Virus record (IMG/VR): IMGVR_UViG_3300023291_000095
Location: 1 to 45,345 of that record
Strand: one strand, 5' to 3'
Origin: a virus
DNA length: 45,345 bases
Below the pieces are notes generated by a model. The model saw only the letters and a program-made list of their open reading frames with translations, had not been told where the DNA came from and made no database searches. Numbering within the stretch: the first letter of the stretch is position 1; each line of letters begins with the position of its first letter. Below are positions 41,438-45,345 of the stretch, in pieces. Both the position numbers and the translations under genes were made by a program.

Positions 41438-42211
41438 ATGAAATGGTTTAAGCATGATGCTGACGCAAATGCAGATGCAAAGCTTCAAAATGTGCTCCTT
41501 GATTATGGGCTGGAAGGGTATGGGCTTTACTGGTATTGCATAGAGCTTATTGCCGGAAAGGTTGATGTTGATAACTTAAATTTTAATTTAGAGCATGACG
41601 CAAGAATCATAGCGAAAAATACAGGTTCTACTCTTCAAAAAGTAGAACAAATGATGAAATATTTTGTGAAAATTGGGCTATTCGAATGCTCTGAAAATGT
41701 TATTAGTTGTTTTAAGATGGCAAAAAGATTAGATAAATCAATGACAAGCAATCCATCCATGAGGGAATTAATTCATAAGTTAAAGTCTGAAAATCATGAC
41801 GGAATCATGACGGAATCTGATTCTGTCATGCAAGATAAGATTAGATTAGATAAGACTAGAACAGAAAAGAAAGAGATCTTGTCGAGCAAGCCCGACTGTA
41901 TCGAAGTAATCGAATATCTGAACTCGGTTACCGGATCGAAATACAAGGCTACTACTGCAAGTCATGCGAAGGATATCAACGGCAGGTTATCGCAGGGTCA
42001 TTCAGTCGAAGATATGAAACTGGTGATTGACTTCAAAAACGCCGAATGGAAAGACGATGCCAAGATGAGTGGCTACCTCCGGCCAGCTACGTTGTTTGGC
42101 GCGAGCAAGTTCGATGGCTATCTGAAGGCTGCCAAGACCGTATCTACAAAGCAAAACGGAATCTACGGAGTGAGCAAGCCGATTGATTACATACCAAAAG
42201 GGTTCAGCTAA
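41438..42211 (+). CDS. replisome organiser / replication initiator
   Basis: The N-terminal MKWFKHD...LQNVLLDYGLEGYGLYWYCIELIA resembles phage replisome-organiser N-terminal domains. The C-terminal VIEYLN..TG..YK........I..RL..G....D...VI region is the conserved phage C-terminal domain. Confidence 0.7.
   Translation: MKWFKHDADANADAKLQNVLLDYGLEGYGLYWYCIELIAGKVDVDNLNFNLEHDARIIAKNTGSTLQKVEQMMKYFVKIGLFECSENVISCFKMAKRLDKSMTSNPSMRELIHKLKSENHDGIMTESDSVMQDKIRLDKTRTEKKEILSSKPDCIEVIEYLNSVTGSKYKATTASHAKDINGRLSQGHSVEDMKLVIDFKNAEWKDDAKMSGYLRPATLFGASKFDGYLKAAKTVSTKQNGIYGVSKPIDYIPKGFS
41786..41850. other. candidate replication origin inside the organiser gene (iteron-like repeats plus A/T-rich tract)
   Basis: AATCATGACGG occurs twice in tandem (41792..41813). 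A partial third copy and the inverted TGTCATG follow, then AAGATTAGATTAGATAAGACTAGAA. Confidence 0.35.
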
Positions 42212-42936
42212 TGGGTGCATTCGAAGCTTTGAAGAAATTACAGGCCATCATGCCGGAAGGGGTAAAGCCAAAATTTGCCAGTCCTGAAGAGTGGCGCAAG
42301 TGGCAGGATGAGCAAGGAAGGATATCTTCCGCTGAGGTTGCAGACCAAAACCGAGCAGCAAAGGTTAAGTCGATGATGGGGCGCTGCGGCATCCAAGAGC
42401 TTCACATGGACTGCAGCTTTGATAATTTCGTTGTCAGCAATGAGCTTCAAGCCAAAGCGCTACACCGTGCAAAGTCATGGCTGAATAAAACATCTGAGAA
42501 TTTCGGCGGTTTTATTTTTAGCGGCTCATGCGGAACCGGAAAGAATCACTTGGCTGCAGCAATCGGCAACAAGCTTATTGAGCATGGGAAGTCGATACTG
42601 GTTATCACCGTGCCTGACATGATGATGAAATTTCGCGAGACTTACCAGAAGGGCGCGACAGTTACCGAATCCCAACTGATGGAAATGTTCTGCAAGGTTG
42701 ACTTGCTGGTTCTCGACGATGTAGGCGTTCAGAACGGTAAAACAAACGAGTCTGTTTTACTGTTCCAGATTATTGACCGCAGGGCGTCATCCAGAAAGGC
42801 GACATCAATCCTCACCAACCTGGACGACAAGCAGTTGACAGAAGTGTTATCCGAGCGAGTGGTTGACCGCCTGCGTATGGGTGGCGGCATATGGGTTAAT
42901 TTCGATTGGGAAAGTTACCGGAAGAATGTGAAATGA
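42211..42936 (+). CDS. DnaC/IstB-like AAA+ helicase loader
   Basis: Contains Walker A GSCGTGKNHL and Walker B LLVLDDVG. Confidence 0.8.
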   Translation: MGAFEALKKLQAIMPEGVKPKFASPEEWRKWQDEQGRISSAEVADQNRAAKVKSMMGRCGIQELHMDCSFDNFVVSNELQAKALHRAKSWLNKTSENFGGFIFSGSCGTGKNHLAAAIGNKLIEHGKSILVITVPDMMMKFRETYQKGATVTESQLMEMFCKVDLLVLDDVGVQNGKTNESVLLFQIIDRRASSRKATSILTNLDDKQLTEVLSERVVDRLRMGGGIWVNFDWESYRKNVK

Positions 42937-43373
42937 GCGGAAAGAAGCCAAAATTTTACCTGAGAACGGAAGAAATACGCAAAAACATTTTGGACTACAT
43001 TCGCAAGGCGCCATTAAACGAGCAGAAACCTACCGTAGTGACGTTTTCGCAGCAAAGCCGCACATTGCCTCAGAATGCAATCTTTCATGCGCTCTGTGGT
43101 GATTTAGCTAACGATTTAGAATTCGCAGGCAAGAAGCGGTCACTTGAGTCATGGAAGGCGTTATTGATATCCGGTCATGCAATCGCGACTGGCAACCAGG
43201 GTGAAGTGGTTGCAGGATTGGAAGGGGAGCTGGTGGCAATCAGAGAATCAAGCGCGCAGATGGGTGTTTCAAGAATGAATTCACTCATCGAATACAGCAT
43301 TGCTTTTGCCACACAAAACGGCGTGAAACTGCGTGATGTTAAATACGATAATTATTTTGGAGAATTGAGGTGA
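42933..43373 (+). CDS. ninB: NinB (Orf-family) recombination mediator
   Basis: RTLPQNAIFHALCGDLA and the overall length match lambda NinB-like proteins. ATGA overlap with the loader gene. Confidence 0.7.
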   Translation: MSGKKPKFYLRTEEIRKNILDYIRKAPLNEQKPTVVTFSQQSRTLPQNAIFHALCGDLANDLEFAGKKRSLESWKALLISGHAIATGNQGEVVAGLEGELVAIRESSAQMGVSRMNSLIEYSIAFATQNGVKLRDVKYDNYFGELR

Positions 43374-43786
43374 AATTAACCAAATATCAACGTGCTGAGT
43401 TGCGGGAAAAATTCGGCGGAAAGTGCGCATATTGCGGATGTGAGTTGCCTGAGAATGGCTGGCACGCCGATCACATTGATCCAATTTACAGAGGGCGCGA
43501 CTTTGACAGGCAAGTAAGTGACGATGGAAGGCTTGAGTTTACTAGCAGGGTTGCTGAGCGAGAAGCATTGGATGTTATGGAAAATATGACTCCAGCCTGT
43601 AAGCAATGCAACTTATTCAAAGGGGGCTACTCGCTTGAAGGTTTTCGCCAGCAGGTTGAACAGCAAGCCTCAAGAGCACGTCTATACAGCGTCAACTTCC
43701 GTACTGCAGAAAGGTTTGGGCAGATTCAAGTCACGGCTTCCCCAATCGTTTTCTGGTTCGAGAAATTCGAAGGTGGAAATGAGTAA
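43370..43786 (+). CDS. HNH endonuclease
   Basis: Contains CAYCGCEL...WHADHIDP...CKQCNLFKG. GTG start. Confidence 0.75.
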   Translation: MKLTKYQRAELREKFGGKCAYCGCELPENGWHADHIDPIYRGRDFDRQVSDDGRLEFTSRVAEREALDVMENMTPACKQCNLFKGGYSLEGFRQQVEQQASRARLYSVNFRTAERFGQIQVTASPIVFWFEKFEGGNE

Positions 43787-44381
43787 CTCAAAGCGCCGCT
43801 GCATGAAGTGCAGGGAATACTTCACTCAGGAATCAATGGTTAAATTGCCAGTTGGGTGGTTCTGCGGAATGGATCATGCAATGGAATATGCTTCAGAAAA
43901 GAGAAGCAAGGCAAAGGACAAAGAGCATAAAAATAAGCTAACCACCTCTAGGCGCGAAACTAGGAAAAGACTTAATGAACTGGATAGGCCAAAGCATCTG
44001 GACAAGCTTCAGGACTTGGTTAATCAGTACGTGGTTCAGGTAAGGGATGTTGATAAACCTTGCTGTACGTGCGGAACAGTCAGCCGGTCTGTGCAGTATG
44101 CTGCTGGTCACTATCGCAGCCGAGGAGCTTGCCAGGAACTTAGATTTAACCTTTTAAATATTCACAAGCAGTGCAATGTTAAATGCAACAAATACGGAAG
44201 CGGAATGCGTAGTGAGTACCGGGATTTTATTGTAGAAACATACGGGAAAGATAAGCTTGACTGGCTTGATGGCTCGCATGAAAAGCTAAAAGTGCAATTT
44301 CCTGATTCTGAATCAATAGATGCTGAAATCGCAAGGTATAGAAATCTTCTCCGTGATGCCGGAGTAAAGCCAAAAAGATAA
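43779..44381 (+). CDS. ninG: NinG/Rap-family structure-specific endonuclease
   Basis: Contains RRCMKCREYF...CCTCG...AGHYRSRG...NIHKQCNVKCN. ATG 43779 is preferred over the track start at 43635. Confidence 0.75.
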   Translation: MSNSKRRCMKCREYFTQESMVKLPVGWFCGMDHAMEYASEKRSKAKDKEHKNKLTTSRRETRKRLNELDRPKHLDKLQDLVNQYVVQVRDVDKPCCTCGTVSRSVQYAAGHYRSRGACQELRFNLLNIHKQCNVKCNKYGSGMRSEYRDFIVETYGKDKLDWLDGSHEKLKVQFPDSESIDAEIARYRNLLRDAGVKPKR

Positions 44382-44394
44382 CCAATAAAAATGT

Positions 44395-44422
44395 TTGCAA
44401 TCCATCTTCATTAGTGTATATT
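44395..44422 (+). promoter_or_regulatory. sigma70-type promoter with A-rich upstream element
   Basis: AATAAAAATGTTTGCAA, a 16-nt spacer, then TATATT. Confidence 0.5.
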
Positions 44423-44481
44423 TAATTCCAAGCGATAACCAAGTGGTTGTCATAAACAGTAACTGCACTATGAGGTGATGG

Positions 44482-44652
44482 ATGGACATCAAGATTCAAA
44501 AAGAAAACGACATTGAGTGGCAGCAAGACATGCTCAGGCAGTTACAGAGCCATCTGGAAGATTTAGGTGAGTATCTGATGATTGATGGTTTTAGTGACCA
44601 CGGTGATTGCCTAAAAATTGTTGAGGCACTCTGCAAATATTCAGATTGCTAA
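44482..44652 (+). CDS. hypothetical acidic protein (56 aa)
   Basis: MDIKIQKENDIEWQQDMLRQLQSHLEDLGEY... has a GAGGTGA SD and was hand-translated. Confidence 0.45.
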   Translation: MDIKIQKENDIEWQQDMLRQLQSHLEDLGEYLMIDGFSDHGDCLKIVEALCKYSDC

Positions 44653-44691
44653 CCCCCACCCCGCATCACATAACTAACTGAGACTACCGAT

Positions 44692-44919
44692 ATGACCCTT
44701 GAGGAATTGAAGCGAAAAGGATATTGCATCACTTCTCGCTCCGGCCGAATTGCATCACGACTTGACCGACCTGACTGGGAAGAGAATATGCCTTCAGGAA
44801 TGAAGCCTAATGCTGATTACTACCGCAGATGCATATCGAAAGATGAGGTGATAGTGCCAGCCTCTTTTCTGTCCAAGCTGAAAAATTCAACATTCGGCTA
44901 CGATAAATATCGACCGTAA
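44692..44919 (+). CDS. hypothetical basic protein (75 aa), paralogue of 21514..21744
   Basis: See 21514..21744; the shared motifs are collinear along the full length. Confidence 0.6.
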   Translation: MTLEELKRKGYCITSRSGRIASRLDRPDWEENMPSGMKPNADYYRRCISKDEVIVPASFLSKLKNSTFGYDKYRP

Positions 44920-44940
44920 CACCCCACCGGAGTCATCCCC

Positions 44941-45099
44941 ATGGGATTGATAAACAATTACCGCTCAAAATGGATTAGAGAGCGAGCTGAATACCTCATG
45001 GATGATGGTTATGAGGAGTTGCTGGCGGATGAAAGCGGAAATAAAGACGCTCACCGCCAAGCAACTGAAGAATACGACGCAGAATTCTGCGGTCAGTGA
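44941..45099 (+). CDS. hypothetical acidic protein (52 aa)
   Basis: MGLINNYRSKWIRERAEYLMDDGYEELL... was hand-translated. Confidence 0.4.
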   Translation: MGLINNYRSKWIRERAEYLMDDGYEELLADESGNKDAHRQATEEYDAEFCGQ

Positions 45100-45134
45100 A
45101 ATACTAAAGCTTATTTATTTTCGGAGATAGAGAG

Positions 45135-45345
45135 ATGAAACAATTTAAAGGTACACCTGGTGAGTGGAATGCCGGTGAATATTATGCTCATAGTGGTGCA
45201 TGTAATATATCAGTAGGTGGTTTTTCCTTAGCATGGGTTGGGCATGGTAACGTTTACCCACACCCTAACTTCATAAAAGATATTTGCGAAAGTAACGCAA
45301 AACTAATGGCAGCGGCTCCTGATTTGCTGGAAGAGCTGCAATTGA
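45135..45345 (+). CDS. N-terminal part of the gene that continues at 1..251
   Basis: ATG 45135 has a GGAGATAGAGAG SD. The frame runs off the window end and resumes in phase at the window start. Confidence 0.6.
   Translation, partial: MKQFKGTPGEWNAGEYYAHSGACNISVGGFSLAWVGHGNVYPHPNFIKDICESNAKLMAAAPDLLEELQL
45205..45345. repeat. Terminal duplication, copy 2 (identical to 1..141)
   Basis: Exact 141-nt match, read directly from the sequence. Confidence 0.9.

Noticed and set aside
1-45345. CRISPR arrays, tRNA/rRNA genes, transposases and reverse transcriptase (retron or DGR)
   Set aside because: I looked for regularly spaced direct repeats, cloverleaf candidates, and DDE, RT or integrase motifs in all listed ORFs. 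None were found.

Overview
The window is a complete tailed dsDNA phage genome of about 45.2 kb. Its first 141 nt are identical to its last 141 nt and one gene reads across that junction, so the sequence is a linearised circular or circularly permuted assembly. A tape measure and tube protein are present but no sheath, so tail morphology is siphovirus-like. The Bet, RecT, NinB, NinG, phage-21-type pinholin, SAR endolysin and Rz/Rz1 content suggests an enterobacterial host (inference only). Layout: (i) a rightward early operon runs from a TTGACA promoter at 40399 (RHH regulator, ParB-like protein, replisome organiser, DnaC-like loader, NinB, HNH, NinG, small genes), continues across the junction into 1..6000 (Dam-type methyltransferase with two in-frame stops, RecE-like nuclease, Bet, small genes) and ends at a terminator at 6000. 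(ii) The late region 6097..32745 holds terS, terL, portal, MuF-like protein and an Ig-like protein. Next come an ORF-free promoter-to-terminator unit of about 600 nt, a full lysis cassette, and the scaffold, capsid, neck and tail tube genes. An island follows with a beta-helix tailspike plus three reverse-strand genes. The region ends with the tail chaperones (with a -1 frameshift), tape measure, tip proteins and a second tailspike. (iii) Two leftward early operons occupy 40312..36735 (Gam-like, coiled-coil protein, RecT, YqaJ exonuclease, HTH protein) and 36343..32768 (small accessory genes, including a MazG-like protein). The strongest candidate for something undescribed is the 11047..11696 unit, which I propose encodes a large structured non-coding RNA. 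Other notable points are two complete recombination modules, a conserved promoter/leader hairpin module before terS and before the scaffold gene, a self-promoted reverse-strand cassette inside the tail operon, and a methyltransferase interrupted only by nonsense codons. No integrase, CI-type repressor, tRNA or CRISPR array was recognised. All homology statements come from reading motifs by eye, since no database search was possible.
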